A stretch of DNA of 63,632 nucleotides, the filler included, from Aduncisulcus paluster (Eukaryota): NCBI GenBank assembly GCA_024181965.1. It is 23 parts of 23 records of this genome, joined end to end, with 100 filler letters (N's around TTAATTAATTAA, not from the genome) between each part and the next. Parts side by side here need not be neighbours in the genome. Positions count along the whole stretch, not along the records: positions 32,584 to 33,814 come from BQXS01010324.1; positions 33,915 to 35,180 come from BQXS01010325.1; positions 35,281 to 36,775 come from BQXS01010326.1; positions 36,876 to 37,959 come from BQXS01010327.1; positions 38,060 to 39,424 come from BQXS01010329.1; positions 39,525 to 40,846 come from BQXS01010330.1; positions 40,947 to 42,252 come from BQXS01010331.1; positions 42,353 to 43,458 come from BQXS01010332.1; 15 more parts are not named here. One strand, given 5' to 3'. Each line of letters starts with the position of its first letter. Position 1 is the stretch's first letter. Both the position numbers and the translations under genes were made by a program. Below, in pieces: positions 33,736 to 45,471 of the stretch. A model generated the notes under the pieces. The model had not been told where the DNA came from, made no database searches, and saw nothing but the letters and a program-made list of their open reading frames with translations.

Positions 33736-33914
33736 TGCTCTTATTACTTCCTTTTTAACTTCACTTTCATCAACTCCCCGTGGGGTTGACAGTTGTCTTG
33801 GACCTGATACCTGTNNNNNNNNNNNNNNNNNNNNNNNNNNNNNNNNNNNNNNNNNNNNTTAATTAATTAANNNNNNNNNNNNNNNNNNNNNNNNNNNNNN
33901 NNNNNNNNNNNNNN

Positions 33915-35180
33915 TAATGCCAGCCAAAACGGATAAGAGCGTAAAGAACACAAGAAAGACGAGTGAAACAAATGTACTCTGTTGGGTCATCCAGTTCTTG
34001 TTCTTGGGTTGCAGGGTCTCTACAGGGATACCATATGATTCACTGAGTTGGACAAGGGCACTCTGGACAACAGAATCCATGCTTTGCTTCTTCGAACGAG
34101 TCCCACAGATCTTTTGGCACACACGCTCGACATCTTCCCTTCGAGCCTGGCCGGCCGTCTTACTCTTCAACACGGCAGCAACGGACATGTACGTTACAGC
34201 GAAACGAAGGATATACTGGTGCATACCAACAGTGACAAGCATGATGGAGACCAAAAGCAACACAAGACAAAGGCCTCCCAACGAAGCTGAGAGTGCAAAC
34301 GAGATGGAGACACGTGTAACGACATTTGGTTCGAGTGGGACAATCGAGAATTCATCAATCACAATCGAGGATAGTACGTCACGCGTGATGAGGTGAGCAG
34401 ATAGCATGGGATCATCAAGGTCAGAAAGATCGGAGATGGTTGGGGAGATCGTCGAATCATATGTTACCATTGGTAAGGAAAACCCTTGAGACACCCCATT
34501 ACGATACACTCCACAATACCCAAGAAGGGTCTGAAGATCGCCATATTCAATCATAGACACATCTTTGCAACGCATCACTTCCTGGAAAACATCATTGAAG
34601 AAATCGAGAGTAGAGAGGGCATCTAGATCATCAACGGCCCAGAGATCATCCGTGGAGGCTCCATCGGCGATAAGATTGTCATTCTGACGGTTTATGTCGA
34701 TAACGAAGAGACTCATGGCAAGACGAACAAGTTGGGTCTGCATCTTCTGAAGCTTTGAATTTGTCCTGATGTTGATGCCGGAGTTATTGAAGAAAAATGG
34801 GAACTCGCCCACATCGGCAACTCCTACAACACGACTAAGGGAGAACTTGTCATCAAGGGGAAGTGGACCAAGTGCCTTTTCAGCGGTCACATCCTGTACG
34901 ACAGTCTCATAATCGTTGAAGGAAGGAGAGATGACATCAAAGAGTTCGGATGGGAACACAGGGAAAGAATAGTCAGACAGACACTCATCATTCACATCAT
35001 CATAGTCGTCGCAATAGAGAAGGTTCCGCAGTGGATCATGGCTCGAGTCATTATCGCGAAGGAAAGAGAAGGCATCGACAGTGGACACGAGGGTAATGAA
35101 CGTACAATCACGCTGAGCAGTCTCTGCAACCCTGTTGCGAAGCGTCTCTGCACGTTCCATCCCTTGGTGTAATGTCTTCA
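33915..35180 (-). CDS. Hypothetical eukaryotic membrane protein, internal fragment
   Basis: Open across the whole contig (>420 codons) with two long hydrophobic segments. No family recognised. Confidence 0.6.
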
Positions 35181-35434
35181 NNNNNNNNNNNNNNNNNNNN
35201 NNNNNNNNNNNNNNNNNNNNNNNNTTAATTAATTAANNNNNNNNNNNNNNNNNNNNNNNNNNNNNNNNNNNNNNNNNNNNGGTTTCCTGTTAAAATGTTA
35301 ATAACTCAAATACACTAGATTGGTATACTACTAAAAAAACAAATTAATGGGATTTATTTTATTATCATTCTCAAATCAGGAAGAAAATGATTTTGCTCAA
35401 TATATTTAGAAATGGGTGAAAAAAAAGAAATAAA

Positions 35435-36775
35435 CTACATTTTAGCATGGCATATGGGACAATATTTTACGTTTTTCACGTCTACACTCATTTTAGCACC
35501 GCATTTGTTACATGTCTTTGAATCTGTTGGAGAAACGATAACTCCTGAAGCCGAACAGACGTTACTGACAATTCCGCATCCTCTGCATATTGGATCGAAT
35601 GAATCATTGACAAACCCACACACGCACTCACGTTTAGTTCTCTGAATCTTGAACAAATCACCAACCTCATCATCATGCTCAAACATCCCGTCGTCAAAAT
35701 CTTCACTCTCATCATCAAATTGGTCTATTCCAGATTCCTCCATTCTCTTCCGTTTTTGTTCTTTGGCTTCGAGTTTCTCTTCCATGTATTGCATTCTTTT
35801 CTTCATTTTCTTCTCATGCTGCTCTTTTTTCCTCTCAACTTCCCCATGACCACTGGGAGGGTGAAGAATGAAATACTCTGAGCAGAGACGAATGATCAAC
35901 TGGGTTGACACACGCGATATAAGACGGAATCCATTGACAACGATCGTGTGAGGCCTTGTAGCCACCCCACCAGTAGAGGAAGAGGAAGAGGGGAAGCCCA
36001 AAGAAGGAGAGGAAACTGATGGAGATGACTTAAGAACCTTATCAGGGCCATCTAACTCGCTCTCTATGCCATCCATACCGAGAACTCGCATTACTTTCCC
36101 AAGAATTCCACCAAACTGGCCAGAACTATTGCTGTTGAGACCCAATCCACCACCAAGCGACAAGAGATAGTGTCGAGCAAGTTGAGGGACATCGCATAGC
36201 ATACATAAGTAAACACACAACAAAATAGCATCGGTATTGCCCAGGAGAGAGCTGTAGTGAGCTGACAAAATGGAAGAAGTCAAGGCAGCAGAAATACTAC
36301 TTGAATGGATGAGACGACTTGCGAGTAAGTAGAAATGAATGGCAGATAAAAACGTTGTGAGATGTTGTGGGGATATGTCGGAGGGAAGAGAAGGAAGAAG
36401 GGAGGCATTCGACTCGGATGATCCAAAGGTTCGAGGAGAAGTATGAGAGGATAAACCTTCACTTGCTGTGAGTCTCTCTCCAATCCGATCAGGTCCTCGT
36501 ATCCGAGACACACGAGCGGATGGGACAAGGTCGTCATCGTCATCGTCTTCAAGCATCTTGTCGAACACGCTCATTCGACCTTTGTGAGCTCCCATGGTTT
36601 CCATTTGCAGAGTTCCTTGGATATTGAGGGCAAGAACAGTTGTTTGCTTCGCCTCACTCACTTTTCCCGCAGATAATAAAGACTGAGCATGGCGTAATGC
36701 AAGAGTAACAGCAGGTCCATGGAGATGTGACGAGAGCATGAGTCTGAACGCATGAGCAACGTTATTCTTTTGGTA
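35435..36775 (-). CDS. IFT121: Intraflagellar transport protein IFT121/WDR35, C-terminal part
   Basis: AIHFYLLASR..I..AL..S..LA.Y TPR-like segment and C-terminal Zn ribbons (CVC..CRGC..CSASG..CNKC..YCPICH). Confidence 0.7.
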   Translation of the reverse strand, partial: YQKNNVAHAFRLMLSSHLHGPAVTLALRHAQSLLSAGKVSEAKQTTVLALNIQGTLQMETMGAHKGRMSVFDKMLEDDDDDDLVPSARVSRIRGPDRIGERLTASEGLSSHTSPRTFGSSESNASLLPSLPSDISPQHLTTFLSAIHFYLLASRLIHSSSISAALTSSILSAHYSSLLGNTDAILLCVYLCMLCDVPQLARHYLLSLGGGLGLNSNSSGQFGGILGKVMRVLGMDGIESELDGPDKVLKSSPSVSSPSLGFPSSSSSTGGVATRPHTIVVNGFRLISRVSTQLIIRLCSEYFILHPPSGHGEVERKKEQHEKKMKKRMQYMEEKLEAKEQKRKRMEESGIDQFDDESEDFDDGMFEHDDEVGDLFKIQRTKRECVCGFVNDSFDPICRGCGIVSNVCSASGVIVSPTDSKTCNKCGAKMSVDVKNVKYCPICHAKM

Positions 36776-36875
36776 NNNNNNNNNNNNNNNNNNNNNNNNN
36801 NNNNNNNNNNNNNNNNNNNTTAATTAATTAANNNNNNNNNNNNNNNNNNNNNNNNNNNNNNNNNNNNNNNNNNNN

Positions 36876-37959
36876 GATGGGCACGATCAAAGAGATCAAA
36901 CATGAAACAAGATATGTTAGTGCCATTGTACTGGCCCCAAAGGGGACTGGGATCAGGTTATGTGTGGACTATAGGCCACTGAATGCAGCGACTGTAACCC
37001 TACACCGAGCGGTGGCGAGGGTCGACGAGGTTGTCAGGATGCTGCATGGGAAGAAGCTATTCATTATCCTGGATCTGAAGTCTGGGTACCACCAGGTACT
37101 CATGGATGAAGAGAGCCTAGAGCTCACAACGTTCATCACGAAGTTTGGTACATTCCAATATGTACGGATGCCCTTCGGCCTGAAGAATGCGCCAGCTTAC
37201 TTCACAATGATGCTCGAGGACATCTTGGTGGGACTGGTACGAGTCAGTTGTTTGATATACATAGATGATATCATCGTGTTCGGCGAGACCCTGCCCGAGT
37301 TGATTGACAACTATGTGAAGGTGTTGGGCCGGCTGTCGAAGGCCAACATGAAGGTAAACGTGTTGAAGATGCAACTCGTTTGTGAGGAGGTAAAGTACCT
37401 CGGTGTCATGATTAGTGGAGACGGGATTGCGGCCTCAGAAGAGAAAATCGAGCAACTCGACAAGCTCCACGTGATAACGAACAAGAGTGAGTTAAAGTCG
37501 TTGTTGGGTCTGGCGGCATACCTCAGCCCCTTCATCCCTTGTTATGCAGCCCGGACAAAATGTCTGTCGAGCTTGTTGAAAGACAAGGTTCCTTTTGAGT
37601 GGGGACCTGAACAGCAAGAAGCTGTCGAAGGAATCATAGATACCCTCAAGAAACGGACACGCCTGGCACAGCCAGACCCAAGTGCAGAGTTTCACTTGTA
37701 TACAGACGCGTCGTGTGTGGGTGTCGGAGGTGTACTTTTCCAAAGGAAAGGAGACAAGGAAGATATCTTGGAAATAGTGTCAAAGACTCTATCGGATGTG
37801 GAATCACGTTGGCCCATCATGGAGCTAGAAGCTTATGCAATATTCTATTGCGTAAAGAGGTTAAGATATTTCCTCTTGGGTAAACCCTTCGTGGTCCACA
37901 CGGATCATCTGAACCTAACGTTTATCAAGTCGGCTACCAAAGCCAAGGTTCAGAGGTGG
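36876..37959 (+). mobile_element. Ty3/gypsy LTR retrotransposon pol fragment: reverse transcriptase plus RNase H
   Basis: RLCVDYRPLN, LDLKSGYHQ, MPFGLKNAP, YIDDII, LYTDAS, ELEAYAI and VHTDH. Confidence 0.95.
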
Positions 37960-38059
37960 NNNNNNNNNNNNNNNNNNNNNNNNNNNNNNNNNNNNNNNNN
38001 NNNTTAATTAATTAANNNNNNNNNNNNNNNNNNNNNNNNNNNNNNNNNNNNNNNNNNNN

Positions 38060-39424
38060 ATAAAGAATATCAGCTCCACCTGCAACATCAGCATTTAAAG
38101 AATCATCACCATAGATAACATCTCCCTCAGTTCCACCAGAGATTTCATCATCACCTAGTCCACCATAAAGAGTATCTTCACCAGCATCACCACTAAGTGT
38201 ATCATCATCAGCTCCACCATCTATAACATCTATACCTGAACCACCTCGAATGATATCATCTCCAGCTTCTCCATACAATGAATCTTCACCTATACCACTA
38301 CCACCATAAATAGAGTCATTTCCAGCTCCACCATAAATAGTATCATCATCAGCTCCACCATCAAGAAATTCATAAGTTGTAGAAGTAGTTGCATTGTCTG
38401 TGTTATCTCCACCATAGATGATGTCATTTCCAGCTCCACCTTCGATATGGTCTGTTCCAGCCTCACCTTTTAAGATATTTTTAGAACTATCACCTATGAT
38501 TCTATCTTCGTTTTGTGTTCCTGTAATATTTTCAATATTAAGTACAGTATCATCTCTTACTACAACATCACTATTTGACTGATCTTTAAGTAATAAATCT
38601 TGTGAACCTAAGTTTACATCCACAAAATAGTTTGTATTTGTCACACCACTAAAATCAACAGTATCTCCAACTGTAGTATTAGCTCCACCATCTATGATAT
38701 CAGCTTCAGCTCCAACAGAAGCACTAGTGATAAGGAAAGTATCATCTCCAGCTTTCCCTTCTAGTTTATTACTATCACTGTTTCCTGTAAAGGTATCATC
38801 TCCAAAACTTCCTATAATATTTTCAATATTTCTTAAAGTATCTGGATTTTGTAAAGTTCCTGTAACTGTTACAGCTACATTAGCAGTAGTTGTATTACTC
38901 AAATCTACAACAATTTTATCAGTAGCATTTGTAAGTGATGAGTAATCAACTGTATCATTTTCATCATTGATATTTTCAACGCCTGTAGATAAAACATATC
39001 CACCATCAAAGATATTTGAAGCTGCATTGTTCCCTTTAAAAGTATCATTATATTGTGAACCTATTACATTTTCTATACTTACAAGTGTATCACTTCCTTG
39101 CTCTCCACCTATAGCCTGGGCTATGTTATCAATCCCTAAATCTACATTTACACCAGATGTAGCTTGATTGTAATATGCTGTATCACTTCCACCTGTTCCA
39201 CCATCAAGATAGTCATCACCTTTTCCACCTTCTAAGATATCATCTCCTAGAAGACCTTTTAGAGTATTGTTTTCATCATCTCCATAAAGTGTGTCATCTC
39301 CACTTGTAGCAACTATATTTTCGATATTTGATATTTTATCAACAACAGTTGAACCACTATATCTTACCTCAACAGTATTATTTGTAAGATCCAAAAATAT
39401 ATTATCTGAAGCTTCAGTTCCTGT
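38060..39424 (-). CDS. Bacterial RTX / hemolysin-type Ca-binding repeat protein, internal fragment of a large T1SS substrate
   Basis: Many GGxGxDxUx nonamers (GGKGDDYLD, GGAGNDIIY, GGSGIDVID) and repeated IENVIGS..NDT modules. AT-rich bacterial codon usage. Confidence 0.9.
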
Positions 39425-39584
39425 NNNNNNNNNNNNNNNNNNNNNNNNNNNNNNNNNNNNNNNNNNNNTTAATTAATTAANNNNNNNNNNNNNNNNNNNN
39501 NNNNNNNNNNNNNNNNNNNNNNNNCCATCTGTATAAACAATAAATTTGGCTTAGTTTATTATTGAGCAACAATTATATAATTGA

Positions 39585-39926
39585 ATGCCTGATAAAACAG
39601 TCAAAAAATTGAAGGAAGAAGAGGAAAAAACCACTATTAAGGCTCCGTTTCTGAAAGAACTTTCAACCGAGGCATGGACCGAATTTATGAGGAACTTTGA
39701 TCACTATGCATCAATTGGGGGACACCGTAAATGGCCGGAGATTGTTGATCCAGTTGTCCTTAGCCTCATAAAAGACTTGGCGAAGGTCCCTGACTTCGAA
39801 GCGAAATCCCATCATAAGAAGGCGAGAGCGGCGGTAAACGCGATTTTTGCTTCGACTTCAGACATCTCACTATATGACGACACACAAAAAGAACGATCGC
39901 CAGAAGGAGAGCAACGGAAGGGATAA
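39585..39926 (+). CDS. Possible retrotransposon Gag N-terminal fragment
   Basis: APFLKELSTEAWTEFMRNFDHYASIGG has gag-like helical character. It runs into an unrelated antisense ORF near 39880. Confidence 0.3.
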   Translation: MPDKTVKKLKEEEEKTTIKAPFLKELSTEAWTEFMRNFDHYASIGGHRKWPEIVDPVVLSLIKDLAKVPDFEAKSHHKKARAAVNAIFASTSDISLYDDTQKERSPEGEQRKG

Positions 39927-40846
39927 CGGATATCGCCAATGTCGAATGGCCCAAGTAAACCTTGAATAACAGAATAAACCTGTTCCATACAAAAAAGAAA
40001 ACGGTGTCTTGAGATTACGGACGATTGGACATCGATATCCTTGTAAGTTGAATCGAGCTCTCCAATGAGACTAAGTTGCTCAGACTCGGATTTTCCATAA
40101 TCCAAGACCGTGTCATCTCCACCCATATGATTAGGATTCTTAATACGCAAGGAATCAAGAGTTATTCCTTCTCTTCCGATCCTTGGGTAGACCACTCTAT
40201 TGGCAACCACTGGATTGCTCTCGATCATCTTCTTTGAAAAGGCTGGGTATGCAACACCGGTCGTTGTATGTGGGTTGTAATTGAAAAGCATTCCGGCGGA
40301 ATTCTTTTGTGCCAGCTCCTCCCTGAGTTTCGCCATGTCCTTATTATACAGGGGCTTGGATTTCATATCAAAACCGCTGATCGCAAAAAGATCAGTACGA
40401 AGCACCAATGGTTGCCATATGGATGAAATGTCCATATCCCCATTCCCTTTCGGGCAGACACACAGCGTCAAGGCACGAATAGAAGGCTTCTTGGGCTTAG
40501 TATAAGCAGGGGATGAACCGAAACCACCACCGAAACCTCCAATGGAGAAAGAAGAAGTAACCGGGGGATTGTAATAACAAGATTGCACATTCTCTCTCTC
40601 TGTACCGTTTTCGACACGCACGTATTTGTCAGGGTCAATGGGACTGGGCATAAAAAAGGAAATGATCCCACGTAAATTCTCCAATGAGAGTTTTCCCGTG
40701 GATTTCATGTAGTAGAAGTTCGCAGCCAGTTTCTTAAGGTCAGCAGGTGGGAGTGTTCTGTCAATGATACGGGAACGAGATTCAAACCAAGAAATCTGTT
40801 TGGAACTCAAAGTACGTCTCACGTATTCACAACGATCTTTTAAGGA
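39812..40846 (-). CDS. Hypothetical eukaryotic protein fragment
   Basis: 336-aa ORF open to the contig edge. No family recognised. Confidence 0.5.
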   Translation of the reverse strand, partial: SLKDRCEYVRRTLSSKQISWFESRSRIIDRTLPPADLKKLAANFYYMKSTGKLSLENLRGIISFFMPSPIDPDKYVRVENGTERENVQSCYYNPPVTSSFSIGGFGGGFGSSPAYTKPKKPSIRALTLCVCPKGNGDMDISSIWQPLVLRTDLFAISGFDMKSKPLYNKDMAKLREELAQKNSAGMLFNYNPHTTTGVAYPAFSKKMIESNPVVANRVVYPRIGREGITLDSLRIKNPNHMGGDDTVLDYGKSESEQLSLIGELDSTYKDIDVQSSVISRHRFLFCMEQVYSVIQGLLGPFDIGDIRYPFRCSPSGDRSFCVSSYSEMSEVEAKIAFTAALAFL

Positions 40847-41713
40847 NNNNNNNNNNNNNNNNNNNNNNNNNNNNNNNNNNNNNNNNNNNNTTAATTAATT
40901 AANNNNNNNNNNNNNNNNNNNNNNNNNNNNNNNNNNNNNNNNNNNNCCTTTTTCACTTTTCCTTTTACACTGGACTTTGAAGTTTTCTCACTACGTTTCA
41001 CACGTTTAGTTTCACTTTTAGAAGGTTTCTTAGCACTACCACTTATAATATCACCGGCGTCACTGGGGTTCATCACAATCACTGAAAGTACTCACTTGTC
41101 ACACAACACACAAAAATAAGGTAATTTAAGATAATTTTGATCAAAATGTGGTGTTACCTTAGTTATAAGAATAAAACCAATCTTAGCAAGACTATGCTTG
41201 AAGACAATTTACTGTTTAAGATGAATCAGAATCTCGTTGAAGAAATCAATTAATCAATAATCGAATCAACAATGAAATATAAATAAAATAAATATAAATT
41301 AAATAAAATAAATAAAATATAATTATAAAACAAATAAATAAACAATAATATATCAAAGATTGAGAAAAATTAGAACATCACCACAGATCTATGTAATTCA
41401 GCAATAACATCATCAATTACCTTTCCCCCATCGTGTTTACGCCAAGCCAAGACGTGATTTATCATTTTGACAATATTTTTTAACCCCCCCTCCTCTTGAC
41501 GTTTAATTAGACATTCTCCCATATCGGCTATATATTCCAAGAGTTCTCGATCAGATAGGTCGCGGGATTGCTCGGTTTCCATGCCAAATCAATAAAATAA
41601 AACGAACAGAAACGCTGAAGATAGATCGATTATTCAGGCAACGAATTTCCATATCTTTATTTAAGACTGTTTTTCATATCATTTTATAATTCCATTTTTT
41701 TCTCATTTTTTAT

Positions 41714-42252
41714 TTTGATGATGTCGTATTTATGTCTTTGTATCAGACAGACAGATTTCTGGGAGTTCCGTCATAATAAACTACATAATTTTTTTCATAC
41801 CTTCTATATTACCTTAGATAATTTTTTTCGACCTTGATGATGTTCCTTGTGATGCATTTATTAACCAACTTTTTTTCATTTCATCATTTAAGACCAGTTT
41901 TATAAGTATTTTATTGAGCTTCATTTTCATTTTATTTTATTAAGAGCTGATAATCATTATTATTATTCCGTCTCACCCTTAAGAACAAATAAAATAATAT
42001 TATGACGAATATAATTTTTTTAGGATTTTTACTATGTTTTATAGTGTTAAATAAATATCATTTTTTGATTTGATGATGTTGTATATATGTCTTTGTATGA
42101 GACAGACAGATTTCTGGGAGTTCCGTCATAATAAACTACATAATTTTTTTCATACCTTCTATATTACCTTAGATAATTTTTTTCGACCTTGATGATGTTC
42201 CTTGTGATGCATTTATTAACCAACTTTTTTTCATTTCATCATTTAAGACCAG
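41714..42252. repeat. About 183-bp near-identical direct repeat, period about 355 bp
   Basis: 41714-41896 and 42069-42252 differ by only a few substitutions. The second copy runs into the contig end. Confidence 0.85.
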
Positions 42253-42352
42253 NNNNNNNNNNNNNNNNNNNNNNNNNNNNNNNNNNNNNNNNNNNNTTAA
42301 TTAATTAANNNNNNNNNNNNNNNNNNNNNNNNNNNNNNNNNNNNNNNNNNNN

Positions 42353-43458
42353 AGAGAGCACGAAGAAAAAGAGGAAGAAGAAGAAGACAGATATGAAATT
42401 GAGGAACGAGATGAGGGAAAGGAAGAGAAGGAAGAAGAAGTAGAAGGTCGAATGAAAGATAAAGATGATACTGAGGAAGAGGAAGAGGAAGCGGAAGAGG
42501 AAGAACATGGAAAAATATCACTATCATCTTCATCTTCATCTTCATCGTCATCGTCATCATCGTCATCGTTATCATCAGACGAATATCATATTGTTGACCT
42601 CGTTACACACATATCTCAACTTTCCACCTCTATTTTATCGCGATATTCACACCCCTGTCCGTTGGTGAACTATTTTGAATCGTTGAAATGTGAACTAATT
42701 GCTCAGGTTTCCCAACTTTCAGGGGAATTTTCCACAAAGAAATCTGTGTTCGATAATCATTTCGCTGATCTTGACAGCTCTCTGAGGACTTGTGATGAGA
42801 AGATCATTGGACAACACAAAGATGAGTTTGTATTTGATATTATGCACTCGATTGAAAATGCTTCAGGGATTGCATCGAGATACATGAAGACCGATATTAT
42901 TCCCCTTGCAGATCTTTCCACCCAATTTCATCTACATGAAGCAATAGTTTCACATCTCGCCTCATTAAAGCTGATGTTTGAAGATTTGATCATCCCTACA
43001 ATCAGGAATGTTCATAGCGTATCATGTTGTGCCATCCTTCGTTGTGCTGAACTCCAGACTTTGAGACAAATTATCACACGTGTTCAGCATGGAAAGCGGT
43101 TGTGCAAATTGATCATGGATAAACAAATGACACCAACTCGGAGATTGCTTAGAAAGAACTCTAAAGATTCATTTTTGGTTCAACATCACTATATTGAAAT
43201 GAGTGAAGATGAACTCAAAGGCTTGAAAGAAGACAATATGCGATACAAGAAGAGGTTTTACAAAGATTTGGAGAGTGCATACGAACTGTATAATTGTGTT
43301 CAATATCTGTATCATCATCTTGGATTCGATGAACTTAGAAAGGGTGATCTTAGGGCGTTTTTCATTGAGAATTGCATTGATAGCCATAGCAGCGGTTCAA
43401 CTAAGCCATTGATTCCATTTCTTTATTCTTTCCCTCTCTCAGAGTACATGTTCGATGA
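42353..43458 (+). CDS. Hypothetical eukaryotic protein fragment (acidic/Ser-rich N-part, helical C-part)
   Basis: Long ORF open to the contig end. No family recognised. Confidence 0.55.
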
Positions 43459-43558
43459 NNNNNNNNNNNNNNNNNNNNNNNNNNNNNNNNNNNNNNNNNN
43501 NNTTAATTAATTAANNNNNNNNNNNNNNNNNNNNNNNNNNNNNNNNNNNNNNNNNNNN

Positions 43559-44510
43559 GAATGAAGTGGTGAATGTGCTTGGAATTGAAGCTGCAAGACA
43601 AAGCATTATCTGGGAATGTAAACAGTGTTTCAAGGAATCCAATGTTAACTTTAGACATTTGGGACTCTTGGCCGATCTCATGACTCACCAAGGTCATTTG
43701 ATGTCCATCGAGAGACACGGAATCAACAGAAGAGATACTGGACCCATAAAGAGAGCTACGTATGAGGAAATGGTGGAGATTTTAGCAAGAGCAGCCTCTG
43801 ATGGTATTTCTGATGATCTGAATGGTGTATCCCAACGTATCCTTCTCGGAGATGTCATTCCACTGGGAACTGGTTCATTTGATCTCCTTCTTGATGTTGA
43901 GAAGGTTATTAGCGGAAGTAGTGAAGCCGATGCACATATCATGTCGCACCAAGGAATGGATGGTGATGCGTATGCCACGGCGCTTGCATATGACACGGCG
44001 CATGATACTGCAGCAACTGCAATGGTGGACCGGAATGCCGAGGGATTAGATGATATTCAGTTGAGTGGAGATGATGGTATGTTCGGGGCTGACTCTGCTT
44101 TCACGGCCACTCAAACCGCTCTTCAAACCGCTAATGGAGGTATCATCAGTGCTGGTGTTGGTTACACTGGGGCTGAGTCTGGAACTGGTCTTGAATCTGG
44201 ATTTGATACTGCAATGGGTGGAACTGGGCCAGGAGGTCTTCAAACTGGTATTGGAATTAGTTCGCAGGGAGGATTGACTGCTGATGCAATGATGACTGAT
44301 TTCATGAGTGGATTCCAAGGTGATGGGTTGTACTCTGGAGACCATACCACTGATCTTCGAGATACTTGGGGTCAATCTTCGTCTTCTCCATCAAATCCCC
44401 AATATGCTTCCGCCAGTGAGGATCAGGATGGACTTATTTTGCAATTTGGAGAGGAAGATGATGACGATAAGGACTTTGGAGATGATGATGATGATGCTTT
44501 CTATGTCTGA
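43559..44510 (+). CDS. RPB1: RNA polymerase II largest subunit, C-terminal part
   Basis: VLGIEAAR, VNFRHLGLLADLMT, RHGINRRDTGP and GVSQRILLG..PLGTGSFDLLLD (regions G/H), followed by an unstructured tail. Confidence 0.85.
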
Positions 44511-45471
44511 TTCAAGGATTTTCTGAATAGTAAAACGTTTGTGATCATGAACATTTTTAAGAGAGTTTCAAAGGGTTATTATTATTGATTTTTTTTACTT
44601 ATTCGGTTCTCTTTAGGTAACATNNNNNNNNNNNNNNNNNNNNAGAGGAAGATGATGACGATAAGGACTTTGGAGATGATGATGATGATGCTTTCTATGT
44701 CTGATTCAAGGATTTTCTGAATAGTAAAACGTTTGTGATCATGAACATTTTTAAGAGAGTTTCAAAGGGTTATTATTATTGATTTTTTTTACTTATTCGG
44801 TTCTCTTTAGGTAACATACTATCACGTCATGTACAAAAATTCGACATGTTATCAACTCTCGGGAGATAGGGAACTTTTGAGCTGCAATGTCAATGGCATT
44901 GAATCAACACGTCTTCATGGAAATAATTTGCATTGAAATCATTCGTAAATGTTTTTTGATGCATGAAGATGAATGATATGGATCCTTGAAGTGTCGCTGT
45001 CGAATTTTTTTTTTTTTTTCAAGTTTTTTCACTTTTGGTCGCATTTAGGTGCTATTCGATCAAAACTGATAGTGTCATAGTGGGTTTTAGTGTNNNNNNN
45101 NNNNNNNNNNNNNATTTTTAAGAGAGTTTCAAAGGGTTATTATTATTGATTTTTTTTACTTATTCGGTTCTCTTTAGGTAACATACTATCACGTCATGTA
45201 CAAAAATTCGACATGTTATCAACTCTCGGGAGATAGGGAACTTTTGAGCTGCAATGTCAATGGCATTGAATCAACACGTCTTCATGGAAATAATTTGCAT
45301 TGAAATCATTCGTAAATGTTTTTTGATGCATGAAGATGAATGATATGGATCCTTGAAGTGTCGCTGTCGAATTTTTTTTTTTTTCAAGTTTTTTCACTTT
45401 TGGTCGCATTTAGGTGCTATTCGATCAAAACTGATAGTGTCATAGTGGGTTTTAGTGTGGTTCATCAAAAA

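Noticed and set aside
40947-41582. Small ORFs 40947-41082 and 41370-41582
   Set aside because: Short, no motifs, and in AT-rich repeat-containing DNA. They cannot be supported.
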